Source: Carcharhinus longimanus | Lineage: Eukaryota | NCBI GenBank assembly: GCA_030264375.1 | Contig: JASCQW010000112.1 | Span: forward strand, 47,551,803 to 47,615,802 | Reading direction: 5' to 3' | Length of the DNA stretch: 64,000 nucleotides | Shown here: piece by piece, positions 1 through 12,600 of the stretch | Layout: each line of letters begins with the position of its first letter | How positions within the stretch are numbered: the first letter of the stretch is position 1 | Notes under the pieces: generated by a model | Databases searched by the model: none | Told to the model about the DNA's origin: nothing | Seen by the model: the letters and a program-made list of their open reading frames with translations, nothing else | Position numbers and translations under genes: made by a program

Positions 1-187
1 CACAACACCAGGTTAGAGTCCAACCAGTTTATTTGATAGTAATCTCACAAGCTTTCGGAAATGGTGTTCCTTCGTCAGGTGAGAACATTCCATATACCTG
101 ACAAAGGAACACTGTTTCTGAAAGCTTGTGGGATTACTATCAAATAAACAGGCTGGACTTTAACCTGATATTGTGAGACTTCTTACA
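1..187. mobile_element. Palindromic Penelope-derived non-autonomous element (family A), truncated by the window start
   Basis: Arms ~1-80 and ~96-176 are reverse complements (cacaacaccaggttagagtccaacc... / ...ggctggactttaacctgatattgtg). The same sequence forms the terminus of the GIY-YIG-coding PLE at 56308-56420. Confidence 0.8.
43..84 (-). ncRNA. Minimal type I hammerhead ribozyme motif (PLE type)
   Basis: The minus strand reads UCUCAC-CUGACGA-A-GGAA-cacc au-UUCC-GAAA-GC-UU-GUGAGA: 6-bp helix I, CUGANGA core, 4-bp helix II, GAAA, palindromic AAGCUU in place of helix III, CUU triplet. Activity is not demonstrated. Confidence 0.7.
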
Positions 188-3100
188 AATTTTATTAAAG
201 CAGCAGAATAAGACATTGATGAAAGGCAGGCAATCTTTGAAGCAATCATGTAATATTTGTATCTTTGTTTTTTGCAAATTCAAATATTGCTTAAGATACG
301 GCATGAAGGGTTTATTTTGTTCCGACAGTCACAAACTTATACACTGTAATTGATATTTGAAATGGCTCATCCTGGCTCTGCCAAAGTTTACATCAGTCCA
401 GAGTTCAAAGAAACACAACCCAAAGTGCTCAGTGTTTGTTTTGTTCAGATTTTCGTAGAGAATAAGTGCACTGACCTGTTGAGGCCATCCTCATGCGTGG
501 ACAACCAAGGGTTTGAAACACAAACTGGATGCACTAATTGTCATTTTACGTTAACGTTTAAAGCCTAGCAGGTCTTTTTGATCATTGTGTATGTGGCTGA
601 TGTATTTTGCTGGCTGTTTTCTTTGTTATACAATAAGAGTTCTATTTCAACTTTCCTTCAGGTAAACTGACTTCTCCATAATAGCACACTGAACGTTTGC
701 AATTATCAGAGAAAAGCAGGCTGGTATGAAATCCATTGTCCATTACTAACTCATACAGCACAGCTCCTACAACCATATGTATCACCCACATTCACCAAAA
801 AACTATTTGCCATTTAAATTCTGGTGAAAGTATCTAAAGACTTCTTTTTATGCTACTATCAGTTGTTCAATGTGCATTTTTATGCAGAAATTACCTGAGC
901 TCTCTCCCTTAAGGCTTTGATGTGCTGCACTATCAATTGTTGGCTGAGATTACATGAGACTGCAGAGTACACAAGGCTGTCTGCTCTTGACTCAAATGGA
1001 AAAGAGAGCTGTTTATACTCAGCAACTGATTAGCCAACTCAGTCAATATTTGCCTGATGGGAAGATAATCAGTTCTTTATGTGAAACTGGTTTTAATTTA
1101 TCCAGGAAGAAAGTTCCTGATTTGATAAGCTGTCTTGTCACAAAGAGTCAATCTGACAACAGTATGGGGTGGAAATTCCTTCAGGCCTATTTGAGGCCTG
1201 NNNNNNNNNNNNNNNNNNNNNNNNNNNNNNNNNNNNNNNNNNNNNNNNNNNNNNNNNNNNNNNNNNNNNNNNNNNNNNNNNNNNNNNNNNNNNNNNNNNN
1301 AGGCCTGAATTGGGCACCACACACGTGGAAGAGCATGGCATTTCAAGGTAAGCACAGACTTAGTTTCATTAACGTGACTTGAACATTCCACTGGGACTTG
1401 CTGCAGGATTGCCCATCTTCAGAAAAAGAATGTGTGGCTCTTGTGTCACTGGTAGGGAGGACAGAGCAGCAGTAAGAGGGTGTTCCTCCTTCAGATTGAA
1501 AGAGCTTTTCTTGTCGGAAGCTGCGCAGGTTGCAATGATTAGTGAAGAATCCTTGAGAATACCAGACCTGGCTCCTATACCATTTGTCATCACCCACTTT
1601 CAGCAAGACAGAAAAAACAGGGCGGAAATTCTCTGACTTTACACGCCCTGCCACCAAGAATGGAAAATTTGGTGCTGGTGTTATGCAACTGAGTGCGTTT
1701 CTTTTTATATTCTTGGTGGGTTACAGATATTACTGTACTTTCCAAAGGCTGCCCCCTCAGAGGGGAGGAAGATCCTTACTGTTGCAGGTCAGAAGGGATC
1801 TGATAATAACAAGAGCAAAATGCTGTGGTTGTTGGAAATCTGAAATAACAATAAAAAATAGTAGAAACACTCTGCAGGTTAAACAGCAGCTGGAATTCTC
1901 CGGCTGTTCACACCGGCAGGATCTTCTGGCCCTGCTGTGGATTTCCCAGCAATGGGAAATCCCATAGGCAGCGGCAGGATCAGAAGATCCGGCGAATGGC
2001 ACACTGCCTCCCATCGCGAGAAACACGCCACAGGGAGGCCAAAGAATCAATCCCCCCACTCCCCAAATCAATGGAGAGCGAAAGAGAGACAGAGACAAAC
2101 TAAGTTAACAGGGGCTATGTTATCCTAACCTACCAATTAGGAAACTGATGGGATCCGGGTGCAAATCAGGCCCACTATTATTCTAAAATACTGTCAATGG
2201 AGGGTCCAATTGGACAGGGTGTCAAACGCTATCATAACCAATCCCGTGAGTTTTCTGACAGTGGTCAGGTTAAAAAAGCCTCTTTATGTTTCAGGTCGAT
2301 GACACAGCAAGAAAATGTTACATATGAATAGCTTTTAAGCAAGTACAAAACTAGGAAGCAGGGTGGGGGTGGGGAACAGGGACAGAACAAAAGGTTGTGA
2401 CAGGATGGAGGGTAGGACTCTTTAAATGACAAGGGATTCCTGATTAAGATTTGAGACAAAAGGTTTGAGAGTGATTCACTACTGTCTGATGCCCATACGC
2501 CTCTGCTCACATATCTAACCAAAATAATGTAAGGGGTATGAAAATGAGGTTGTGACATTGTTGTGCTGACCTTGTTGTAAATGGAATGATCAGCATATTT
2601 AAATATTGAGAGATCTGCAGTGTCTGTAAAGCCAGCTTGCAATGCATCATAAAGGCAGGAGGGGGTGATGGAAAACTAGTAATGAGTTAGAGTCATTGCT
2701 GAAGTGGAAAGGAGGCATGTAGCTGGTATCTAGGCCAAGTAGCATGTTAAAAGTGGCATTGTGTAAAGAGGCAAAAGCAATGCAATAAGTAGACAATCTA
2801 GGAGGAGATGTTTCTTTATTGAGATATAACGCAGAGGAATGAACTTGTTTGGAATTTGATCTTGTAGGCTATTTAAACATGTAGACTCTGTGGAGGTATG
2901 TTGCCATAGCGACTGCCATCTATTTTGACCCTCTGAACTTCTAACAGGGCAGAAATAAGTTTTCATGGCCGTATCAGTTCAAACAAGATAAATTACCTGC
3001 TGCCTCCAATCCTTCCCTGCAGTTTCTTTAAATGTAATTAATTATTCAATCCTCCTGTAGCACTCTAACAGTGTGCACTGAAACTTTAATCCCATCCCTT

Positions 3101-4839
3101 GTCACCTACGGCATAAAAATGGACACTCACTCACTGTTTGCCATATTTGAGCAAACTTCCTTTGCATATTCGGACAAGATTCTCAGGCCTTCCCTCAGAG
3201 TTTTTCTCTGCGACATGTCGTTCACTGGTGATGGGATCGTTTGGTCCCGCTGGAATTCCCATGGAAGCCACCCCAGCGATTTCTGGAGAATTAGGAGCAG
3301 GAGAAGGCCATTCAGCCCCTCAAGCCTGCTCCATGGTTCAGTAAGATAATGGCTGATCTGACTGTGGCCTCAATACCACCATCCTGCCCATCCCCCCTAT
3401 ACTCTTTGACTCTACTGGCCATCAAAAAAAATGCCTCTGGCTTCATAAACAGCGAGGGGGGCGGTCTTTAATAATATGTAACTATATTTAAATGTATTGA
3501 AATCAAGTTTATGCTTCTTGTGGACCTGATTACGTCACTGGCGAGGAGCGGCAAAAATCGGAAGTCATGATCTCTCCGGTGAGATTGACCCCTCCCCCCC
3601 CAACCCTGTTCTCTATTAGCTAACCAATCCTCTATCCATGTCACTACGTCACCACATTCAGTTTGAGCTCCTACTCTGACTGATCATGAATCCTCCACAA
3701 GTGCCAGGCCTGCTGTCCAGCTTCATAAAGCTGCTTGTATGCTGATAACAACTCCCTTGGACCCCCTACTCTTGTAGATGTAAGGATCCAGGTCTAGGCT
3801 GCTGATGCACCTACAGATCTAAAGGATCATTCCAGAATTCAAAGGCACTGAGACAAGCTACTTCTGTTCCAAGGGGCTCATGATACCACAGCGTAGCCTA
3901 GTGCCACTGACACTCCAACACTGTGGCATTAGGGTAGATTCAATGCAATGCAGGCAAGTAAAATAATTATTATTTTATTCAAGAAACACACATAGCCTGA
4001 AGATCGAATTTCAGAGCAGCTTACATTGAAAAATTCATATAAAGACTATTTAACCAGGCGAAAAACATGCAAACATATATCAATAAAAATAGACAAACAA
4101 ACTCAGTCAGATATTAAAAGAAGGGCAATGTTTAAAGTTATATTAAAATTACAAATCAATACACCATTCAAGTATTACAGGCACAGAGACACATATAAAT
4201 TTTATCATTAAAGTACTTCATTGAGGACTGAAATCATGTAAGGACTAGGGTTACATTAATACCGTCCCATCCTGCATCTTATAGGTCGAATGTACTCAAA
4301 CCTCTAGGCTGCCTGAGCATAGTGGGGGGCATCGGATTCTGAAACTGGGTAAGCTGCAGAAAGGATTTTCAGAACTTGGTGCTGAAAATTCGACATGTGG
4401 GAATGATTTCCATCATAATACAGGCAGTGGTGGCCAGACTGTATGTAATGGCAGCGCAGAAAAGTCAATGTGGAACTCTATTGATTTATAAGATCAGCAG
4501 CTTCCATAAGTGGAAATTCACGCCTTATACACATTTTCTTTTAATTACCATTAATTAAGAAATAACAAGGTGAAATACATTTACCATCAGATCCAAGTTG
4601 GGAAACAATTATTGAAATGTAATTTGCTAATAGTGTTAATTATATTGTCAAGATACACAGGTGAAGGGCATTGTTGAATTAAGTACCTAAAGCATTTAGA
4701 AATAGAGATTGCTGGGGTACTGGGGAGTGGGGAGCAGCCAGACATAAGTGAAGCTATGTTCTATTAATAAAACTATTACCAAGAAAAGCATTGGTGTTTA
4801 GTGTCATACTTCACCACCTGGCTTGTGATCAAATTAGCC

Positions 4840-5111
4840 CCTCTACCATGGGCTACGTTCGCGGCCAGGTGTCCCTGGAGAGGGAGCACGCAGTGTCCGC
4901 GTGCACAGTCGACGCTTTCCGCGCCTGTTGGGCACCACAGGGGCTGAGATGTGTTATAGACCCCGACAATCACATTTTGATTTGATGTGTCTTAAGTTTC
5001 CTTTGTACTTTTGTTTTTGTTTGGGCCGTTCCCCTTCCTTTTGGGGAACTGCCCCTTTTACTTTGTCCTAATGTAATTTGAGTTTGTTTATTTTGTTGAC
5101 CTAAAAAAAAA
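4840..5111 (+). mobile_element. Tx1/L1-clade LINE 3' end (ORF2 C-terminus, 3'UTR, A-tail)
   Basis: GYVRGQVSLEREHAVSACTVDAFRACWAPQGLRCVIDPDNHILI* resembles Tx1-like ORF2 C-termini; followed by a T-rich 3'UTR and A9 at 5103-5111. Confidence 0.7.
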
Positions 5112-5496
5112 GGCTCTTAACCTTCTAACTCATGCCTTAAATCTTTGCCCCTTGGTTATTAACCCCTTTAGTCATGGAAAAAGCGCATTTCTATCCATGT
5201 TATCTATGCCTCTCATAATCTTACACACCTCTGTCAGGCCTCCTCTCATGCTTCGCTGCTCCAAGGAAAACAACTCCAGCCTACTCTACCTTCCCACGTA
5301 GATCAGACCCTCCAGCCCAAGCAGCATCCTGACAAATCTCCTCTGTACCCTCTCAGTGCAATCACATCCTTCCTACAATGTGGTGACCTGAACTGCATGC
5401 AGCACTTCAGTTGCGGCCTAACAAGCAATTTATAGAGTTCTGGCCTCACCTCCCTGCCCTTGCACTCCATGCCCTGACAAATAAAGGCAAATAAGT

Positions 5497-5951
5497 GGGA
5501 AGCAATGGCCTAGTGTCCTCTTTCAAGGTCAAACCAAATAGACAAACTCAAATTAAGTTAGGACAAAGTAAAAGGGGCAGCTTCCCCAAAAGGAAGGGGA
5601 AATGGGCCTAGTGTATTTTCATTATTCATCCAGAAACTCAGCTAATGTTCTGGGGACCTGAGTTTGAATTCCACCACAACAGGTGGTGGAATTTGAATTC
5701 AATAAGAACAAAATCTGGAATTAGGAATCTATTGATGACCGTGAGCCCATTGTCGATTGTGGGAAAACCCATCTGGTTCACTAATGTCCATTAGGGCAGA
5801 ACATCTACTGTCCTTACCTGGTCTGGCCTACATATAGACTCTAAAGCCCCAGCAATGTCCTCTGAAATGGCCTAGCTAAGGGCAACTAGGGATGGGCAAT
5901 GAATGCTAGCCAGCCAGCGACGCCCATGTCCCATGAATGAATAAAAAAAAA
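5497..5951 (+). mobile_element. tRNA-derived SINE, second shark family (related copies ~34190-34445, ~39230-39445; tails on minus strand ~11070-11250, ~48895-48980)
   Basis: A-box-like tggcctagtg, B-box-like gtttgaattcc, body ...aaaacccatctggttcactaatgtcc..., tail gggatgggcaatgaatgc...aataaaaaaaaa. Confidence 0.75.
5517..5604 (-). mobile_element. Short 5'-truncated copy of the same LINE 3'UTR, inserted in a SINE head
   Basis: Reverse complement of ~5024-5105; flanked by the 10-bp direct repeat ggcctagtgt (5507-5516, 5605-5614). Confidence 0.75.
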
Positions 5952-6694
5952 TCCCTCCAGGATCTGACACCTTTCAATAAGGTCACGTCTCATTTTTTGG
6001 AATTCCAATGCATAATAGCATAAATTGTACAATCATCCCTCATAGAATAATCTCTTCATTCCAGGAATCAGTTGAGTGAAACTTCTCCGAATTGCTTCAA
6101 AATGCACTTATGAGTTCAGTTTTACCAAATGACAGCTCAGCTTAAAAAAATGATCTTTTCCCAATTTAAAACTGTTTCTCTTGGTCTATCTTTATCCGTA
6201 ACCATAGATCAAACTGTATTAAAATTGTCATCTCTAAAATATTCTCTCATTGATCACTTGCCCAGCTTCATTACTTAAAACCACATCCAGAACTATTCCT
6301 TTTTTTGGGGGGCTCATTACATACTGGCTTAGGAAGTTCTCAATGTATTTTAAGAATTATGCATCCTCCAAATCTTTCAAACTGATTTTCTCCCAACTAA
6401 TAATACAAAAATTCAAATGAGTAGTTCCCAGTCATACTGCTTTATAGTTTCTGTGATTCTCAACAATTTCCCTATATATTTGCTCTTCTATTTCCCTCTG
6501 ACCGGTTTAGGGTCTATAGTGTACTTCAGTAGTACAGCTGCCCCTATTTCCTCCATACGGCCTCATTAGATGCCCTTCCAATGTAACATCCTACCTGTGA
6601 TAATCTTTACAAAGGGCAAGCCACTCTCCATTTTCATTCCCTTCAATATTAAGTTGCTATTCCTCTCCTTTGTTTCAGCAATAGTTATGATATC

Positions 6695-6997
6695 GCATGG
6701 TGGCACTGTGCCTAGCACTGCTGCCTCACAGTGCCAGGGACCTGGGCTCAATTCTGCGTTTGGGTCACAGTCTGTGCAGAGTCTGCATGTTCTTCCTTTG
6801 TCTGTGTGGATCTCCTCTGAGTGTTCTGATTTCCTCGCGTAGTCCAAAAGACATGCTGGTTAAGTACATTGGCCATGCTAAATTCTCCCTCAATATACCC
6901 AAACAGATGCCGGGGTGTGGCAACTAGGGGATTTTCACAGTAACTTCTCTGCAGTGGTAACGTAAGTCTACTTGTGACACTAATAACCAAACTATAA
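6695..6997 (+). mobile_element. HE1-like V-SINE, alternative-tail subfamily
   Basis: tRNA-like head (ggtggcac..tagcactgctgcctcacagtgccagggacc), V-domain, tail aaattctccctc...ggggattttcacagtaacttc...cttgtgacactaataa. Confidence 0.85.
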
Positions 6998-7276
6998 ATC
7001 ATACTGTTCGTCTGTGCTTTCAGTTCAGCTACCTTATTCACAAGACTCCTTCCCTTGAAGTATTTACCAGTAATCACTGAACAACTTCCTTCTTGTCTAT
7101 TTCTAAGCATTGCTTCCTCCCGCTTCCTTGTTCATTGCCTAATTTTTGGCCTTGGTTCCAGTTTACTTCTCCCCCTTCTGAATCTACAACCAAGTTTCCA
7201 ACTGCCTGCTAAGACAGTTTAAAGCTTCCTCAGGGTTGCACTAAGAAATCTCCCCAGCATAATAATGGTGGTAGAA

Positions 7277-7580
7277 CAGCACAGTGGTACAGTGGTTGGC
7301 ACCGCTGCCTCACAGCGCCAGGAATCCATGTTCAATTCTCAGCTTGGGTCACAGTCTGTGCAGAGTCTGCACATTCTCCCTGTGTCTGTGTGGGTTTCCT
7401 TTGACAGTCCAAAGATGGGTTAGGTAGATTGGCCATGCTAAATTGCCCCTTAGTGTCAGAGGGACTAGCTAGGGTAAATGCATGTGGTAATGGGGATAGA
7501 GCCTGGGGGGGGATTGTGGTCAGTGCAGACTCGATGGGCCAAATGGCCTCCTTCTGCACTGTAGGGGTTCCATGATTCTA
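7277..7580 (+). mobile_element. HE1 SINE (CR1/HER1-type tail)
   Basis: Head, V-domain and ...gcagactcgatgggccaaatggcctccttctgcactgtagg..atgattcta tail. Confidence 0.88.
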
Positions 7581-8295
7581 CGAATTGTGGAAGTGCATCC
7601 TGTCCAACTTATTCAGGGTCGATCTCTCTTGAAACTGGCTTCAATGCTCCAGGAATCTAAAATCCCCCCCAACTCTTCATCCTCACATTCAACAACACTA
7701 CCCTTTTATTTCTGTACTCACTGGTTCCAGAAAGTAAGGATATCTATCAGAGTTGCTGGACAGGTTAATGAAGTATTTCAAGTGTGATATATATGTACAT
7801 ACCTGAAGTGTCTGGACTCTTAGACACATTTTTATCATTTGCAGAAGCATTTTCTGTTCCAGATTTGATTATTTCAAAAATTGCTTGGCCAGTAGTCTTG
7901 CCAAGTTCCAACAAATCTAAAGGGAAATATCATCATCAATAGTTCAGTGTTTATTCAGTGAATCTAAATTAACAAGTCTAAGTACAAACTCTGTAATCAA
8001 CATGGTTTCATAAAACCTTACTTTAGTATGTTTATAATTGGTGCAATAAAGCCAGTGAAGCATTAAATGTAGTTAATGTGTTCAGAATACTACATGACCC
8101 TGGAAAATGACATCCTTGGCATTCATGTATACACTTAGACTAAATATAGACCAATGTGATGGTGAGTGATTTAATATGCCTTTTTATCATACAATGCCAG
8201 CATGGCCTCAAAGTCACCCACTGAATGAAGATAATGAAGTACTTTCTCCCAAATGTAATGTTATTCGTTTTACTAAAATTGATAAAGACTTTTTG

Positions 8296-8640
8296 GGGCA
8301 CTATGGCTCAGCAATTAACACTGCTGCCTCACAGCTTCAGAGAACTGGGTTCAATTCCAGCCTTGGTGACTGTCCATGCAGAGTCTGCACATCTGCCTGG
8401 GTTTCCTCCAGATGCTCTGGTTTCCTCCCAAAGTCCAAATATGTGTAGATTAAATGGATTGGACATGCTAAATTGCCCCTTAGTGTCCTAAGAGGTTTAT
8501 GTTAGAGGGATTATCTATGGGAAATGTGTGGAGTTATAGGGGTAGGGAGGAGTAGAGGGCCTGGGTAAGATGCTTTGTCAGAGAGTCGGTGCAGACCCAA
8601 TGGGCTGAATGGCCTCTTCTGCACTGTAGGGATTCTATGA
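8296..8640 (+). mobile_element. HE1 SINE
   Basis: Same layout as 7277-7580, more diverged. Confidence 0.85.
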
Positions 8641-9099
8641 CTCTTGGCAAGCTTCCAGAATTAACTTAAGCAAACCCATCTTGTAGGTTCCCTAGCACAC
8701 ATAGGAACGTGCCCATGATATTTTCTTTAAATCTATGGGAGACGGAAGCTGAGATCAAATGTGCTAGATTACTCAGTTAAACAGTTAAATCTCCTCTGAG
8801 TGAAACTTAAGGGAAGTTGTAACACTTGTAGAGAAAAAGAAACATTGATTCTGATTTTAACTCAATATACTCACTGGGTAAGTTAAGCTACTCTTTGTGC
8901 ACACCCACTTGAAACCCACTGACCACTTGAAAGCTGCCACAAGAGCAACGGCTGGAAAAAGGCAGGCATTTTATCTGTAAACGTAATTTATTATTCAACT
9001 CCAACACAGTTTTAACTGGGTGGGACAGAAGAACTGCTAAGTTAAACCTAATTTTGCAAAAACCTGTACTGAAAAAGTGGTTCCACTGTTGTACCGATG

Positions 9100-11065
9100 T
9101 AAATGTGCAGTTGAATGGCAGGCCACAGACTGCACATTGTTAAAGGAAACTATTAGCATTAACAGGAAGAACGCCTGGAAAAGGTCAGATTAAATTGCAC
9201 AGAAGGGAATCTCATGTCAGACTCCAAAGAGGGTCTATCGAAGATTCTGAAGAAACGTGCCATTCTCTTCAATGGGGAGCTGGGAAACATGAAGGAGATC
9301 TCAGCCAGCTCAAGCAAGATGTTTAAAGATTAGTCCGCAGTTAGGCCTAAAGTGGAGGCAGAATTAGAGTGGCTGGTCAAGACAGCAGAGCTCAAGCCCA
9401 TTAACATGAGTGACTGAGCCCGAGTGGGAGCCTAAGGGGGATATGCGCTGAACTGGGGGGGAGGGTCCAAAGGGGAAGGGGGACTGATGGGGAGCGAGGG
9501 GGGAGTCTGAAGGGAGAGGGTGCTGAGGAGGGGGTTGGGTCACTGTCATGCCTGCATGGTGTGAGGAGGGCAGGGCGGTGGTTCACCCATGATTTGATTG
9601 GCGGGGGAAGGATGCCCCTCTTTTCTGAGGGATTGGTGGTGCTCTCCTGTACTCTAAGGTTCAGGACGTCATGTCTCTGTTTGTGATTAGCAACATCAAA
9701 GCCTGCCTGGTGCAGATCCCACCAGGGAGGACTGAGTGCATGACGGTGGGAGCTGGTGAATGAGCCATCAAACCTGCTAATTGTCTTACAATTAGTGGAT
9801 TCGCATAATTATCAGATTGCCACCCAGCATGGGCAGGAACCACAGCAGGGCCAGCTAGCTGGGTGGGATGAATCCCGATTATCATATTGCCTGTCAGGAA
9901 TCCTGATTTTTGGCTGATGCCCCATTTTGCGGGGCATCGGGATTTCTGTGGGCTGTCTGCCGAGTCCAGAGAATCCCACCAATGTCTTCAGAGAGAACAA
10001 TAGAAAAACCTGGTAAGATTTTTGCAAGATTCAGTTATCCTGAATAACTTGTTAATGACAATGGGCCACAGTTCATTTCGCAAGAATTCACAAACTATTT
10101 CAAGAAGAACGGGATTCAACACATCCGATCCGCTCCTTATCATCCTGCCACAAATTAGCTGGCAGAACGGTTCGTTTCAATGATGAAACATTCATTGACG
10201 GTAAGTCAAGAGCAAGGTTCATTGTTGAAATGATTAAGCCAATTCCTGATGACGCACAGGAACACGACACATTCAACACCCCAAAGTTTGTCAGTATTGT
10301 TCAATTTAAAACATCAATTACATAAAGAATCTGATTTGCTTAAACCGCCTAAGACGAGATACTATAGAGAAGAAACAGCAAGGTCAGGTTATACAACTTG
10401 GGAACAGGGCTAAACACGGGTTTTTCATTAAGGTCGATAAGTACTGGTAAGGAACTGATATGAGTAAAAAGTGGATGCCTGCCTTGCCTTAGCACAAAAA
10501 GGACCAGTCCCCTACACCGTACAAACTCAAGCTGATGTAGTACGGTGAAGAGCTGGAAACTTTGACAACCAGAACCAGTTTGTCAGAGACAGGATCAATC
10601 TCGAGTCCTCCAGCAAATTGTGCTAAATGAAGATCTGGACATATCTGAGAACCAGACAAAATCAGAAACAATTGGAGAAGGCCAACACTGAGTCAACCTC
10701 CCAACACTGCGTCAACTCTGGTGAAGATAAACACAAACAATGTTCAAACTAACTAACGAACAGCAGAGGTTGGAATCAACATGAAAAATTCGAGGTTCGC
10801 TGACAGCTACCCAGAAATCAACATCCTCTGAAATGTTTATTAACTGTTCATATTGAGAATTTAGATTGTTAAGGTTATACTGTATTTCACTGCAGGAACC
10901 TCTGATGTGAGGGGACTGGAAAGTGTTGTGTACTTAGGATTGGAACATGGTCACTTTAAGGGAACTATCATGTGACTTACTGATAATGTCATTGGCTCTG
11001 TGCACAGACAAATGGGCAGTGTATCCGAAAGCCTGTTGAGTAAACTTCTTTCCAGTAAAACCCTT
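9100..11065 (+). mobile_element. Decayed Gypsy (K02A2.6-like) LTR retrotransposon: protease/linker remnant, integrase, PPT and start of the 3' LTR; interrupted by a GC-rich insert ~9300-9980
   Basis: The frame from 10021 reads FARFSYPE*LVNDNGPQFISQEFTNYFKKNGIQHIRSAPYHPATN*LAERFVSMMKHSL...FLMTHRNTTHSTP (rve D..E motifs, three stops). ~9235-9300 reads LSKILKKRAILFNGELGNMKEI. A purine tract gaggggactggaaag is followed by TGTTG at 10924. Confidence 0.8.
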
Positions 11066-11349
11066 GTTTTTTTTTAACATTAATTCGTGGCACAAAGGCA
11101 TCACTGGCTGGCCAGCGTTTATTGCCCATCCCATGTCCTTGAGAAGGTGGTGGTGAGCTGCCTTCTTGATTCACTGCAGTCTGTGTTCTATGGGTTGACC
11201 TACAATGCTATTAGGGAGGGAGTTCCAGGATTTTGATCAATCTACTGTGNNNNNNNNNNNNNNNNNNNNNNNNNNNNNNNNNNNNNNNNNNNNNNNNNNN
11301 NNNNNNNNNNNNNNNNNNNNNNNNNNNNNNNNNNNNNNNNNNNNNNNNN

Positions 11350-11765
11350 CCAATGCACTCCCCCAGTCCACATTCGCCAATTCTTCTCTCATCCTACCGT
11401 ACTCCCCTCTATTCAAACAAAGGACACCCACTTCCTTTGGTTCTATGTATAATTTCCCTCCTTGTTTCTTAAGTGGACCAACTCTTCCTTGAGCTACCCT
11501 CTTGTTCCTAATATATGTATAAAATCCCTTGGGATTTCTCCTTAATCCTGCCTGCCAAGGATATTTTGTGACCCTTCTTGCCCTGTTTGAGCTGTTTTCT
11601 ACTTCTCCTGTATTCTTCAAGTCTTCATCTGTTTTTAGTTGTCTAGACCTCATGTATACATCCTTTCTCATTTTGACTAGATTTTCAATTTCCCTGGTCA
11701 TCTGTGGTTCCTGAATCCTGCCTTTCCTGTCCTTCCTTTTCACAAGCACACGCCTGTCCTGCACT
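11350..11765 (-). mobile_element. CR1 LINE ORF2 fragment
   Basis: NPKGFYTYIRNKRVAQGRVGPLKKQGGKL, typical of the CR1 EN-RT linker. Confidence 0.8.
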
Positions 11766-12600
11766 CGAGTTTGGTGCAGGAGGTTCCCCATGTGGGTTGT
11801 CCCCTTGTCCTATGAGGCGTCCTATGTTGGGAGGTGGTCCCTGAGGAGGGGGGGTCTCAATCACCATTGTGGGGGAAGGGAGGTATTTTTTAATTTTAAC
11901 TTCTTTAAGATTAAAGTATCCTTTAAAAAATGATTTCTGAAGAGCAAATGTTGCTGGCTCTATCAGGCCCCACCCTGTCTCACAGCATGACAATGTATGA
12001 GACACACTTCCAGCATGACAGTGTGAGACACCTCCAGCATTTTATTTTACTAAGTGTTGTGAAATATGGAGAGAAACACTGGCTATGCTGTTGGTGAACT
12101 ACACATTGGTTTTCTCACCAGGTCCAGCACTTTTGAAAAAAACAGAAAATTTCACCCAATATTTCTTTATTTCAATCCTTAATGATCTGGTTCTGAAGTT
12201 TAGTGGGTGTCTTTTTGTTGTGGATTCCCCCATCTGAGGTAATCGTTTCTGCATAACTTTTCAGTTCAACCATTTTATTGTATTACATACTTTGATTTGA
12301 TCACCCTTCAACCACCTGTATTCATAGAAATACAAAGCAAGTTTATGTAAATGAATCTCAAAGTGCAGGAATTCCCTGCACTAAAAGACAATAGATGCCG
12401 GTTCAAGTGAAATGTTCAAGGCTGAGGTTGACAGATTGCTATCATGTATGAGTAGCAAGTTGAATGGAATAAAGGTGGACAAATGAAATTGAGATACAGA
12501 TCCCTAAGGGCCTGAATGACTACTTAGTTCCAATATTCCATAGCAAGGTACCACAAAGAGAAATGTAGATAAATTGATCTATTTTAGTGGTGTTGGGTGT

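Noticed and set aside
1343-1657. Overlapping 74-104 aa ORFs in unique-looking sequence
   Set aside because: No recognisable homology or consistent splice sites; adjacent to a gap.
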